Source: Felis catus (lineage: Eukaryota). Taken from it: a stretch of 64,000 bases of DNA. Every line of letters starts with the position of its first letter. The first letter of the stretch is position 1. The stretch is taken from positions 67,210,001 to 67,274,000 of the forward strand of contig NC_058368.1 in assembly GCF_018350175.1 (NCBI RefSeq), in the 5' to 3' direction. Below are positions 38,713 through 51,712 of the stretch, piece by piece. Both the position numbers and the translations under genes were made by a program. The notes beneath the pieces are model-generated. The model was given only the letters and a program-made list of their open reading frames with translations, had not been told where the DNA came from and did no database searches.

Positions 38713-38936
38713 TAAAAAAAATTTTTTTTTTTCAACTTTTATTTTATTTTTGGGACAGAGAGAGAGAGAGCATGAACGGGGGAGGGGCAGAGAGAGAGGG
38801 AGACACAGAATCGGAAGCAGGCTCCAGGCTCTGAGCCATCAGCCCAGAGCCTGACGCGGGGCTCGAACTCACAGACCGCGAGATCGTGACCTGGCTGAAG
38901 TCGGACGCTTAACCGACTGCGCCACCCAGGCGCCCC
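38713..38936 (-). mobile_element. Young CAN-SINE
   Basis: TSD TGGACTATTTTT. Confidence 0.95.
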
Positions 38937-39137
38937 TGGACTATTTTTTTTTTTTGAGAGAGAGCTCTTTCCACTAAAAACATGCAACTAATTTCCAAAA
39001 GAATCTAAATAGGAATTGACACTAGGTAGCACAGCAAAATCTACACAAATCTGAACTTCCAGGATTCTCCTCATTTGGGAGAGATTCACTTATTGTTACT
39101 TCCTGATAGGTTATTTGATTTGTTAGAGGTAATTTCT

Positions 39138-39563
39138 TTTTTTTTTTTTTCAATATATGAAATTTACTGTCAAATTGGTTTCCATACAAACACCCAGTGC
39201 TCATCCCAAAAGGGGCCCTCCTCAATACCCATCACCCGCCTTCCCCTCCCTCCCACCCCCCATCAACCCTTAGTTTTTCTCAGTTTTTAAGACTCTCTTA
39301 TGCTTTGGCTCTCTTCCACTCTAACCTCTTTTTTTTTTTTCCTTCCCCTCCCCCATGGATTTCTGTTAAGTTTTTCAGGATCCACATAAGAGTGAAAACA
39401 TATGGTATCTGCCTTTCTCTGTATGGTTTATTTCACTTAGCATAACACTCTCCAGTTCCATCCACGTTGCTACAAAGGGCCATATTTCATTCTTTCTCAT
39501 TGCCACGTAGTACTCCATTGTGTATATAAACCACAATTTCTTTATCCAATCATCAGTTGATGG
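39138..39563 (-). mobile_element. 5'-truncated feline L1 (ORF2 end plus 3' UTR)
   Basis: Poly(T) plus L1 3' end; perfect 17-bp TSD TGTTAGAGGTAATTTCT (39121-39137 and 39564-39580). Confidence 0.9.
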
Positions 39564-41729
39564 TGTTAGAGGTAATTTCTATGCCCAACGTGGAGCTCAA
39601 ATTCACGACTCTGAAATCAAAAGTCTCATGTTCTATCACCTGAGCCAGACAGGTGTCCCAGGTTATTTGATTTTTAGGGATATTTTTAAACATAAGTGTT
39701 TACTTTATTACATTTGGCCACTTTTATTTCTGGCATAGAGTGGATTAGGTATCCTATATAACCTTCCTGAAACAAAACACCTACAGTCAGTACAAAAAAA
39801 TGGAGGGGCCCCTGGCTGGCTCAGGTGATAGAGTTTAGCATCCGACTTCGGCTCAGGTCATGATCTTGTGGTTTGTGGGTTCAAACCCCACATCAGGCTC
39901 TGTGCTGACAGCCTGGAGCCTTCTTCAGATTCTGTGTCTCCCTTTCTCTCTGCTTCTCCCCTACTCACGCTCTCCCTAAAAAAAAAGAAAAAAGAAAAAG
40001 AAAAAAAAGAAAAAGAAAAAGAAAACATTCAAGGGGTACCTGGGTGACTTGGTCGGTTAAGCGTCTGACTCTTGGTTTTGGCTCAAGTCATGAATTCATG
40101 GTTTGTGAGTTCGGGTCCAGTGTCGGGCTCTGTGCTGACAAGTGCGGAGCCTGCTTGGAATTCTCTCTCTTCCTCTCTCTCTCTGCACCTCCCCCTTCCC
40201 CATACTTTCTCTCTCTCTATCAAAATAAATAAACTTAAAAAAATTTTTTAATCCAAAAATATTTTTTAATTGAAGTTTATTGATTTTTATTTTGAAAGAG
40301 AGAGAGACAGAGAGAGAGACAGACAGCACGAGTGGGGGAAAGACAGAGAGAGCAAGAGAGAGAAGAATCCCAAGCAAGCTTCACACTGTTAGTGCAGAGA
40401 CCAACGAAGGGCTCAAACCCACGCACCTGAGATCATGACCTGAACCGAAATCCAGAGATGGATGCTTAACTGACTGAGCCATGCAGGCGCCCCTTGAAAA
40501 ATATTTTTAAATGCACACCTGAGCTAGTGAAAAAGCAAAGGAAATCTTTAGAGGCGAAGAAATGAAGAGAAAACACAAATATAGAAAGGTAAGCCAGCTT
40601 TGAAGCCAGTGGCTACCCTGAGGGATCCCTGGTCACCGAGATTTTAGTTCCAAATTGGCCATAATAGGGGGTCCTAGTGCCAGGCAACACTGGAGACTGG
40701 ATCAGAGGACTCTGAAGTTGTTCCCGCCCCAAAGTAATGACTGCAGTGGGCAAAATTAAAAGGCAGTGCTTCACCACCTCTGCCACCATCGCCATCACTG
40801 TCCCCTGGGTGATGGTAAAGGAATGTCCTGTCTCAACCTTGCATTTGAGGATGGGGACAAAAGGAAGTTACCTGAGAATTCCTAACCACAAGTTGACACT
40901 CACTTGGGTGTGGCACTAGAATTCACGCTTTGAATGGCTAGTAAAAGATGATAATTTAGTGTAAAGCAGTCTGGGGCGCCTGGGGCACCTGGGTGGCTCA
41001 GTCCTTGGGCGGCCAACTTAGACTCAGGTCATGATCTCGAGTCCGTGGGTTCTAGCACCATGCTGGGCTCTGTGCTGACAGCTCAGAGCCTGGAGCCGGC
41101 TTCGGATTTTGTCTCCCTTTCTCTCTGCCTGTCCCCTGTTCCTGCTCTGTCTCTTTCTCTCTCTCTAAAATAAACATTTAAAAAATTTTTTAAAATTAAT
41201 TAAATACCTGTACTCACAGGACACCTGGGTGGCTCAGTCAGTTAAGCTTTTGACTCTTGATTTTAGCTCAGGTCATGATCTCCTGGTTTGTGGGTTTGAG
41301 CCCTGCGTTGGGCTCTGCGCTGACAGCATGGAGCCTGCTTGAGATTCTCTCTCTGCCTCTCTCTCTCTCTCAAAAATAAATAAACATTAAAAAAAATAGT
41401 CCTGGGTTGATAGTTCACCTAAAAAACAGGAAGAAGCAAATATAAATTCTATCTGGGAGAACAAATGTCCAACTCAGGCCTCAAAACATTTTCATGAGAA
41501 AGTTGCCAGGAACACGAGCTTACAATCCCAAATCACAAAGCACATGTGTTTTTTGTTTGTTTTGTTTAAAGAAAGCATCTTTCATAGGTTTATTGGTCCA
41601 TTACTTTACGTTAATTGACATAAAGAAAACTTTTAAATTTATGAGCAAATAGTTTACCAAGCAGTATAAATTCTTTTGTTTACCTTAAAATATAATACTA
41701 ATTTCATAGTAAACAATGCACAGAATTTT

Positions 41730-41971
41730 TTTTATTTTTTATTTGTTTATTTTATTTATTTATTTATTTTTATTTTTTTTATTTTTGGGACAGAGAGAGA
41801 CAGAGCATGAACGGGGGAGGGGCAGAGAGAGAGGGAGACACAGAATCGGAAACAGGCTCCAGGCTCCGAGCCATCAGCCCAGAGCCCGACGCGGGGCTTG
41901 AACTCACGGACCGCGAGATCGTGACCGGGCTGAAGTCGGACGCTTAACCGACTGAGCCACCCAGGCGCCCC
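41730..41971 (-). mobile_element. Young CAN-SINE
   Basis: TSD CAGAATTTTTTT. Confidence 0.93.
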
Positions 41972-43314
41972 CAGAATTTTTTTTTATACCCAGATATATG
42001 ACAAAGCACATGTTTTAGCAAAAAACTATGAGAAGGTCAGTAAAAAAAAAAAAAAAAAAAAATCAATCCAATTGGCAAAAACTACAGATATGAGAGTAAT
42101 GAGATATAGAATATAAATTAAGTATCTTTAATACTTAAAAAACAAAATAGGGCACTTGAATTATGACTAAAGAACAAGAGATTAGAAAACAAGAAATAGG
42201 AAGATACAGAAAAGGATAACACAGAAACTCTAGACATTTTTTTTTAAAGTATAGTATTAGAAATTAGAACCTCTGGATGGATACTAGCAGATTACACACA
42301 GCTGAAGAGAAAATTAATAAATTAGTACATATATCTTTTAAAAACCTAGTATACAGCATGGAGAGATAAAGTGGTTAAAAATATTAAAAAGAAGTTAAGA
42401 AATAGGACAAACAGAACAAAAAAATAGATCTTATCAGAGTTCTAGAAGGAGATAAAGAAAGAATAGGGAAGAGGTAACATCTCTAGAGGGAAGGGACTAA
42501 GAGTTTTCCAGAAATGATGACAGATATGAATGATTAGATTCAAGAAGTTCAGTAAATCCCAAAGGAGATTACCAAAAATAATCCATACTTAGAAAGTCAA
42601 ATCGAAACTGCCAAAACCAAAGAGAATCTTAAAATCAGTCAAACACAAAGCACGGACTAATCTATAAAGAAATGACAAATCTAGTTCTTGATTTCTCTAC
42701 AACACTGAAAGTCAGATGGAAGCAGAATTATATCTTCAAAGTGACAAATGGAAACAATTGTCAACTTATAACCGTATACCCCCCCAAAAATTATCTACCA
42801 AAAGCAAGCACAGAAGAAATATATTATTATCTGGCAAACAAAAACTAAGACAGGTAACTACCAACAGTCCCTCACTAGAGAAACTTTGCAAGGATAGACC
42901 TTAGGAAGAAGAAAAATAATAAACTTACAAGGAAGGTTTGAGAGGCAAAATGGAATAGTGAGCAAAAAAAGAAAAATGACAGTATGTAGTAATAACGGCA
43001 AGTGCGGGCTAACATCTGGGGAGATAAAACTCTAATTCATGGGACTAAAAAAATCAAATGACATAGAAATAAAGTAATAACATAGGCCAGAAGAGGAGTT
43101 ATATTAATGTTAAAACATCTTAAGGTACTTATATTATTCATAAGGAGAATAAAGACAATGATCGATTTTATTTATTAAGTTAAATATGCATTAAAATTTC
43201 TAGAGTAACTATTAAACAACCCAAATAATGTGCAACTTCTAATTTAATAAGTGGAAAAATTGAAATGTGGGAAAAAACTTTAAAAAATGCAAAAAAGAAG
43301 AAAAACGAAATGTT

Positions 43315-43612
43315 CAAAAACCTTTGAATAAGGGTTTGAACCAAGCACGTCTGCTTACGTGTGGATTTTTTTGATAAATAGAGTACAGTATTGTAAATGT
43401 ATTTTCTCTTCCTCATGATTTTACTAATAACATTTTCTTTTCTCTAGCTTACTTTATTATAAGAATACAGAACATGATACATATAGTATATAAAATATGT
43501 ATTAATCAACTGTTTATGAGTAAGGCTTCTGGTCAACAGTAGGTAAGTTTTGGGGGATCAAAAGTTATATGTGGATTTTTGACTGCGTGGCGGTTGGTAC
43601 CCCTAACACTGT
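43315..43612. mobile_element. Tigger2-type DNA transposon MITE
   Basis: TAAGGCTTCTGGTCAACAGTAGG...TCAAAAGTTATATGTGGATTTTTGACTG. Confidence 0.7.
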
Positions 43613-44607
43613 ATATACAAGAAGGAAATCGGAGAAAATATGTTAGACAAAAAGATGCTAGAATGAGTCTTAAGTTTAAGAATAAATCTAGCATGTGGTA
43701 CCTGGCTGGTTCAATCAATGGAGCATGTGGCTCTTGATCTCAGGGTTGTAGGTTTGAGCTCCATGTTAGGTGTAGAGATTACGTAAAAATAAAATCTTGG
43801 GGCGCCTGGATGGCTCAGTTGGTTAAGCGTCCGACTTCGGCTCAGGTCATGATCTCTTACTTCATGGGTTCGTGCCCTGCATCAGGCTCTGTGCTGACAG
43901 CTTGGAGCCTGGAGCCTGCTTCAGATTCTGTGTCTCCCTCTCTCTCTGCCCCTCCCGTGCTTGTGCTCTCTCTCTCTCTCAAAAATAAACATTTAAAAAA
44001 GAAAGAAAGAAAATCTTAAAAAAAATAAATCAGGCAAAAAATGTAACAAGATTTAATTAAAATATTCAACTTTATGAAAGACATTAAAGAAGGGTTAAAT
44101 GAAGAGATATACAATACTCATTGGAAGGCTCAACTTTATAAAGTTATTTACTTTCCTCCAATAAACATCCCAGTAGGTATGTATATGTGTATAACTTCAT
44201 AAGTCTATTCTAAAATATGTAAGGAACAGCAAAGAGCTAAAAAAAAAAGTCTCAGATACTCTTGATAACAAGAGCAAAAAATAAGAGACATCAACAAGAT
44301 CTCAAGAAATATTTATAAATTAGAGTAATTAAGCCAGTATTATATGGGTGCAGGAACAGACAAGCAGATAAATGTAACAGATTACGAGAGTCCATAAACA
44401 GACCATGTAAATATTTACATCTGATATGACAGAAGTGACATTGCAAATCAATAGGGAAACCAGAGGCCATTTAGTAGGGACAGAAAAATTTGGTTTCCAT
44501 GTTGAAAAATGAAATAGATCCCAAATCATAAAACAGAAAAATAAATTCCAGTTTAAGCTTAATTACTTTTTTTTGAGAGAGACAGAGACAGCTCAAGTGG
44601 GGGAGGA

Positions 44608-44647
<40 letters not shown>

Positions 44648-46129
44648 AGAGACTGAATTCCAAGCAGGCAGCACAGAGCCCCACATGGGGCTTGAACTCA
44701 CAAAACTGTGAGATGGTTACCTGAGCTGAAATCAGTAGCAGGAACTCAAGTGACTGAGCTACCCAGGTGTCCCATTTTTTTTTAAGTAGGTTTCATGTCC
44801 AGCACAGAGCCCAACAAGGGGCTCGAATTCACAACCCTGAGATCAAGACCTGAGCTGAGATCAAGAGTCAGATACTTAATCAACTGAGCCACCCAGCTGC
44901 CCTGAAAAATCAGTTCTAGATGATTTAAGAACTTAAATGTAAAAGCTAAAACTTTGAAATAGGATTAAAAGGTAACGTATTTACTATTTCTGAGGGAGAT
45001 TTCTTTTTTTTTAATATTTTTTTAAAGTTTTTTTAAAATTTATTTTGAGAGAGACAGAGAGAGTTGTGAACTGGACAGGGGGAGAGAGAGGGACAGAGGG
45101 AGACTCCCAAGCAGGCTCGGAGCTGTCAGCACAGAGCCTGATGGGGGGGCTTGAGCTCACGGAGAGTCGGAAGCTTAACCAACTGAGACACCCAGATGCC
45201 CCTGAGGGAGACATCTTAATCAAGATCTCAAAGCACAAATCATTTAGTAAAATGATTTGTGTAAATGCTTGGTAAATTTAAGCATGCTAAAATCAAGAGT
45301 CTTTATCAAATATCCGAATAAAGACAAACCACAAACTGGGAGAAGATATTTACAACGTAAATAATCAACAAATGATTGCTATCCAGGATGTATATAGAAC
45401 TAAAAATAAATTATAACAAGTCAAGCAACTCAACGGATAAAATGAGCAAAAGCTACAAATGTCTGTAGACAAAAACACAATGAACCAATAAATATGTGAA
45501 AATATGCTCAGCTTCATTAGTGATCAGGAAATACAAGTTAGTCATCATAACGGGAGAGCTTTACACTCATCAGAGTGGCCAACCCCCCACTCTCCCCCCC
45601 CCAAAAAAAAACCAAACAAAACCCAGCAATTCTGAAACACCCCAATGCCACATGTCATGAAGTGAGCCAATGAGGATTCACCCACTGGTTGTAGGATGGT
45701 AAACAACTAGAGCTACTCAGTACAGCAACTTAGTATTGTCAATAAGGTTGAAGATTAGTTCCTACTTATTTCCTGCTTCCTAGCAGTTCTGTTTCTAAGA
45801 TTACCCTGGAGAAGCTCTTGCAGCAGGTGCACAAAAAGAAATGCATGAGAATATTTACAGCTGTTCCCACTGTTATTGAGGGGGGGGGGGGTGGGGGTGA
45901 GGAAGAAACAACACAAATGTTCATCTCCAGGAACATGGATAAATAAATTGTAGTATATTCACTTAATGAAGTACTATATTTCCGCCAACTACATTCTTGA
46001 ACATAGATGAATCTCACGAACATAACGTTGTGTGAAAAAGTAAGTTACCGAAGAATGCCTGCCATATGATTCCATTTCTATAAAGATTCAGAAGCATGCG
46101 AGACTAAAGCAATTGGTCAAATAAGCCTT

Positions 46130-46513
46130 AACTGTTACTGTATAATTTGTACTTTGTAATATCTGCTCGGTGCACGGTTCGTTAAGCTTCAGGCTAACAG
46201 AAAATTAAGCATTAACTATGGTGCCAGGAAAAAAGTATCTGCGAAATCAAAACCTTTAAAATCCATCTAAAATTTTTTAGTAAATCTCCGTGTAGGAAAT
46301 TAGAAAGATCATCTCAAGCTATCTTTAAAATGCCATCGGTGAACCAGACTCTATCCTGAATTCCGGTCCTTCCGCAGGCCATCCGAGCATGAAATGCTGT
46401 TCCCTACCCGCGTTAACCTGCCATAACACCTGTCCGAGCGCTAGTCGCCCGCTGCATGCCTAGCCCACCAAAGCGTTCTGTCTGGACTGTGTCACTGGAG
46501 AAGACAGAGCGAC
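46130..46513 (+). promoter_or_regulatory. CLDN10: Putative CLDN10a proximal promoter / 5' UTR
   Basis: Unique, locally CpG-enriched DNA between the end of an old L1 (~46110) and the ATG. It contains an HNF1-like site and upstream ATGs. The TSS cannot be determined from sequence alone. Confidence 0.65.
46204..46216 (-). promoter_or_regulatory. HNF1A/HNF1B-like site
   Basis: GTTAATGCTTAAT on the - strand versus consensus GTTAATNATTAAC; about 300 bp upstream of the ATG. Confidence 0.5.
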
Positions 46514-46727
46514 ATGTCCAGGGCGCAGATCTCAGCTCTGGTGTTTGGCGTCGGAGGGTTTGGAGCTCTTGTCGCGGCCACCGCGTCCAATGAATGGAAA
46601 GTGACCACCCGAGCATCATCGGTGATAACCGCCACTTGGGTTTACCAGGGTCTGTGGATGAACTGCGCAGGTAACGCGTTGGGTTCTTTCCATTGCCGAC
46701 CACACTTTACTATCTTCAAAGTAGAAG
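46514..46727 (+). CDS. CLDN10: Claudin-10 isoform a, first coding exon (exon 1a); remaining exons lie beyond the window
   Basis: Translates MSRAQISALVFGVGGFGALVAATASNEWKVTTRASSVITATWVYQGLWMNCAGNALGSFHCRPHFTIFKVE(G). It has TM1 and the claudin ECL1 signature W...GLW..C...C, and matches the claudin-10a N-terminus as I recall it. It ends at donor GAAG|GTAAAT (GT 46728-46729); 214 nt, phase 1. The ORF-track extension to 46840 is intron read-through. Confidence 0.96.
46668..46676 (+). other. CLDN10: Internal alternative 5' splice donor in exon 1a (CAG|GTAACG)
   Basis: GT at 46671-46672 lies exactly 57 nt upstream of the main donor and in the same phase. It matches the known claudin-10a_v1-type variant lacking 57 nt of exon 1a. 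Confidence 0.8.
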
Positions 46728-49120
46728 GTAAATATAATGGCTTTGCTCGGGGTGGAAGTAAAATGTCGCTTTTCCCCTCACTGTGCCGAAGCAGCTGCAT
46801 ACAGTTGGCTGTTAACTCTGTAAAGACTGAGTGCTTGTGAAAGTGTCAAGGATTACCTAGGATGGGGCGCCCGGCTGGCTCAGTGGGTGGAGCATGTGAT
46901 TCTTGACCTTGGGGTTGTGGGGTCCAGCCCCATGTTGGCTGCCGCGATTACTTAAAAATAAAATCCTAAAAAAAAAAATTGCCTAGGAAGAAGGATGAGG
47001 TATATGAACGTGGGCTGAAAGAATTAAATCATGTATTTTATATGACAAAGGGAGGTTAATAATCTCATGAATCTTTTACAAATACCCAGTGCAAATGATA
47101 GACTCCAAGGGACAGGGCAGAAATGACTATTTTATTTATTTTAATTTTTATTTTGTTTTGAGAGAGACAGAGACAGCACAGGTCAGGGGAGGGGCAGGGA
47201 GACAGGGAGACAGAGAATCTCAAGCAGGCTCCACCCTGCCAGCGCAGAGCCTGACTTGGGGCTTGAACTCTCGAAATCGTGAGACCATGACCTCGGCCGA
47301 AACAAGAGTCAGACACTTAACCCAATGAGCCATCCAGGTGCCCCCAAAAGTGATTTAAAAGCTAGTTTCAATTTGCCTCACATCATGGAGGAATCTTTTC
47401 CAGACAGGTGTGTATACATACATTATACATCTATAGACACACATATACACATGCACACATGCTGTAATTCATAGGTTATTCCCAATTCCTATACTTCCCC
47501 AGGCCATCTGAGTATGAAGTACGCGCACACACGTATATATGTATACTCCTGTACATATTCAAGGGGGTAAAAGCATATGACAAGGAGGACAGTGCTGAGT
47601 GAAAAAAGAATTTTGTTTACAGAGGGGTTCTATTTTTTTTAAATCATATTTAATGATAAAATAGCAGAGCAAGAAGAATTTAAAAAGTAGTTACGTGAAA
47701 GAAAATGCCCATAAACTGCCTTTTTGTTGCTTGGTTTTACTTTTTTTTAAACATGCAAGCAAGCTTTCATCGTTATGCATGTTAGAAACTCTATTACAAG
47801 TATCTGTATCTTAGGGACATTTTTTTCTTGGAAGGCATTTCCATACCTCGGGATACCTCCGGGGAGATAACGACCTGCTCTTATGTCATCACAAGAATCA
47901 CTATCTGCCTCGTGATTTGATGCCTTTGCAAATCTGCCATAAGTTGTGGGTTTATTATGTTAAAAAATTGCCCCTGGTATTTAAAAATTTTTTTAATGTT
48001 TTTATTTATTTTTTTGAGACACAGAGAGACAGAGCATGAGCAGGGGAGGGGCAGAGAGAGAGGGAGACACAGAATCTGAAGCAGGCTCCAGGCTCTGAGC
48101 TATTAGCACAGAGCCTGACGCGGGGCTCGAACTCCTGGAGTGTGAGATCATGACCTGAGCCGAAGTCGGACGCTCAACGAACTGAGCCAACCAGGCACCC
48201 CACCCCTGGTATTTTTTAAAATGTAGTCTTTCCACAACTAAATGGCAAAACTGTACCTTGGCCTCAGTAAAGAAAATAAAATTTTAACTAGGAAGTTACT
48301 AAAGCATAATATTTCATGGGATTTTGTGTCAAGTACCCCCGTCATTAGTGCACAGTGTGTGCCAAAGGATAAAGAGAGAATACTTAGTTAAATCCAGGAG
48401 ACTTCTAATGACAAGGGAAATGTTCAAGCTCGGATAGCCCACGTAGGCCCTCAAATAATGAACTTTCTCAAGCACCCATTTGAAGAATCAATGGTATATT
48501 TCTTTTCAGTCCCAACTTACAAACTTACTTTGAGATACTTCAGAATCGTTCCCTCTCCTATGGAAGGCTTTGTTAGGAACAAGGGGGAAACTGTAAAAGA
48601 GAGGAAGAGTGTGGTGGAGACCATTAGCGTCATTCTGCACATCTCTGTGGTTCTTCCTTCTCTATGGCCCCCTTTGGCCCACTGCCATCTTGGGCAGCAA
48701 GCAGACGAGATACTGCGTGGGTAAGTGTATTTCCTTGATCTTTCTTGGGTTCTTTTTTAAAATGTATTATTTTTGTATTTTACTTATTTTGGGGGGGGGG
48801 TTCATTGTTTTTGAAGGAAAAAAACTTTCTTAGAGAGAGAGAGAGAGAGAGAGAGCAAGTGGTGGAGAGGGGCAGAGGAAGAGAGAGAAAGAATTTCAAA
48901 GTAGGCACCATGCCCAGTGCAGATGAGATCATGACCTGAGCCAAAATCAAGAGTCAGGTACTTAACTGACTGAGCCTCCCAGACACCTCAGGATTTTTTT
49001 TTAAAGATTTAATTTTTATGTAATCTCTACACCCAACATGGGGCTCGAACCCACAACCCTGAGATCAAGAGTCATATGCTCTATTGATTGAGCCAGCCAG
49101 GCACCCCTAGTGGGTTCATC

Positions 49121-49340
49121 TTTTTTTTTTTTTCAACTTTTTAAATTTATTTTTGGGACAGAGAGAGAGAGAGAGCATGAACGGGGGAGGGGCAGAGAGA
49201 GAGGGAGACACAGAATCGGAAACAGGCTCCAGGCTCCGAGCCATCAGCCCAGAGCCTGACGCGGGGCTCGAACTCACAGACCGCGAGATCGTGACCTGGC
49301 TGAAGTCGGACGCTTAACCGACTGCGCCACCCAGGCGTCC
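49121..49340 (-). mobile_element. Young CAN-SINE (intronic)
   Basis: TSD GGGTTCATCTTTTT. Confidence 0.95.
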
Positions 49341-49840
49341 CGGGTTCATCTTTTTTAAAAAAATATTTTGTCTTATTATCCCTCATTCTATATTCCTTAA
49401 CAAAACCCAGTTATTTTGAAAAATTAACATTTAACCTTAGTTCCAAAGTGGGCTAAAGAATCATGGTAGATTTCTGTGTGACTTCAATAGCTACTTCTCC
49501 AAATGCATCTTAGAAAACATGGAGTGAGAAGTTATAGTTACTATGTAGTTCATGGTGGTCTAAATAATCTCCCCCCCCCCCCCCCCCCCCCACTTAAAAT
49601 TTTATCACCCTGGGGCACCTGGGCGGCTTAGTGGGTTAAGCATCTGACTTCAGTTCAGGTCATGATCTTGTGGTTCATGGGTTCGAACTCTGCATCAGGC
49701 TCTGTGCTGACAGCTCAGAGCCTGGATCCTGCTTCGGATTCTGTGTCTCCCCCACTCTCTGCTCCTCCCCTGCTTGCACTCTGTCTCTCTCTCAAAAATA
49801 AACATAAAACAATTTTTAAATTTTGTCCCCCTGATTTTGC

Positions 49841-50068
49841 TTTTTTTTTTTTTTTAATTTTTTTTTCAACGTTTATTTATTTTTGGGACAGAGAGAGACA
49901 GAGCATGAACGGGGGAGGGGCAGAGAGAGAGGGAGACACAGAATTGGAAACAGGCTCCAGGCTCTGAGCCATCAGCCCAGAGCCTGACGCGGGGCTCGAA
50001 CTCACGGACCGCGAGATCGTGACCTGGCTGAAGTCGGATGCTTAACCGACTGCGCCACCCAGGCGCCC
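49841..50068 (-). mobile_element. Young CAN-SINE (intronic)
   Basis: TSD CTGATTTTGCTTTTT. Confidence 0.95.
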
Positions 50069-51712
50069 CTGATTTTGCTTTTTATATTAAAGATAATGTA
50101 TTCTAGATCTGCTGTGTACCCTGCACATGAGAGGTATTTTGAAAAATCTGGTCCACTGACAGTGCTTTGATTAGAACATGTAAAATTAATTTAACATTCT
50201 CTCTCCCCTTTCTTCCTCCTGAATAAAAATCTTTATAAAATAAACAAGTTGCTACAGAAATCTATTTTCAAAGTCAGGAACACTGATTCATGTTTCCAAA
50301 GGAAATGGGGACTCACATTTGGATTTCCTTATTCACATGGAATCGTTGCTGACGATACTGGTTGCTTTTCCTTTGCTGCTCTTTGAAAACACAACAACAG
50401 GGGTGTCGGGAAAGCCTCTCTGCCAGTAGGCTCTCGGACATCCCAGTAATTCCAAATTGAGACAAGAACTCAGAAGCCAATGAGGAATGAAAATGAGTAT
50501 ATCACATTTTAAAATAACAAACTATTGAAGCCCTGCTGTGTCAATTTGAGACAAATCCGCTTAGACTTAGGTCAGATTAAGCCTCCCTTGAGAAAGAAAA
50601 AGAAAAAAACTTTCTGAGCTGCCAGGGTTTCTGTTTGTTTACTTTTTGCCTTGCTGGTTACATAACTTCATTGCCAGAGTCGTACCTTGTTGTTGCTAAC
50701 ACTCTCCGCTGTCTCAAGAGCTGCAGGTTTTCAGGGACCCATTCAGAGGACTAGTGACTACAGCCTTTAGAGACTTGATGTGAGCCAGCACCCTCTCTGG
50801 ACAGGGAGCATTGACAGTATTGAGAAAAATAGAGGCCCTCTTCAACTGCAGTTCTGTGGGGTGGATTTCAGAAACACACCCTACGGATCCTTGTAATTCA
50901 GTCCTCATCACAGCCTGGGAGCTCCTTGACTCAATCCCCAAAGCACGTCACTTTCTCTGGGGGCAATATCCACCACAGGCTGTGTCTCTTGTTCCGTCAC
51001 GTTTTGATTTTCCCTCCTGTCACCGTTAACAAGGATATTTTAACTGTGAAAACAGGGCATCGCTCGTAGGGAGGGAAGAGGTCCTTTCTGACGGGGAAGG
51101 CTGGGTCCAGGGAGCACTGCTAAGGGGAGGGACTGAAGCTGCCTGGTGGGGGTTACCTCGAAGACTAGACTGTTAGGCTCTCCTTGTGCTCCTGGCACAC
51201 ACTGGGCTCTGGACAGATATTTGCAACATGGCTGAATGAACAAAATTATGAATGAGATAGATGGTTCCTGATGAGGGCAAAATCGTACTCCTGGAGGAAG
51301 GCCAGAGTGTCGTGAATTGAGCGATTGAGGACATGTACTCAGGCAACAACAAGGAAGATCACTGAATTGCAATTCAGCAGACCAAACTTCAAATTCTCTT
51401 TTATTAACCAGTCGCCAGACCTTGACTTTGCAAATGAATCTGTCTCATTCATAAATTTCTTTTCTGTAAATTGAGAGAGCTGGACTCCAACAGTCCCTTG
51501 AAGTATCCTTCAACCTGAAGTTCAATTCCAGGGCTTTGTGATGCTTCACCACGTTGCAGTTCACCGAAGAATTACAGCTATAAAAGGCTCCTGGAACATA
51601 ACTGCTCCAGAGATTAGCCCTTCTTTTTCTCCCCTTATCTATTATCTTAGCTGGCTTCCTGTGTTCCTGACTGTTTAGAATCTTATCTGCATCTGGGTGG
51701 AGATAGGTTTAA

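Larger units (their letters stand above)
40500..46110 (+). mobile_element. Decayed L1M (5' UTR, ORF1, ORF2 pieces, 3' UTR) with nested SINEs and a Tigger element
   Basis: A-rich + strand; ORF1-like ~42100-42900; ORF2/3' UTR-like ~44050-46110. Confidence 0.65.

Noticed and set aside
46413..46703. 96-aa antisense ORF over exon 1a
   Set aside because: Shadow of a GC-rich coding exon; no recognisable protein features.
46728..46840. C-terminal part of the 108-aa ORF
   Set aside because: Intron read-through past the donor; claudin similarity ends at FKVEG.
48600..48726. Donor-like G|GTAAGT in intron 1
   Set aside because: No claudin-like coding sequence or convincing acceptor; cannot support an exon.
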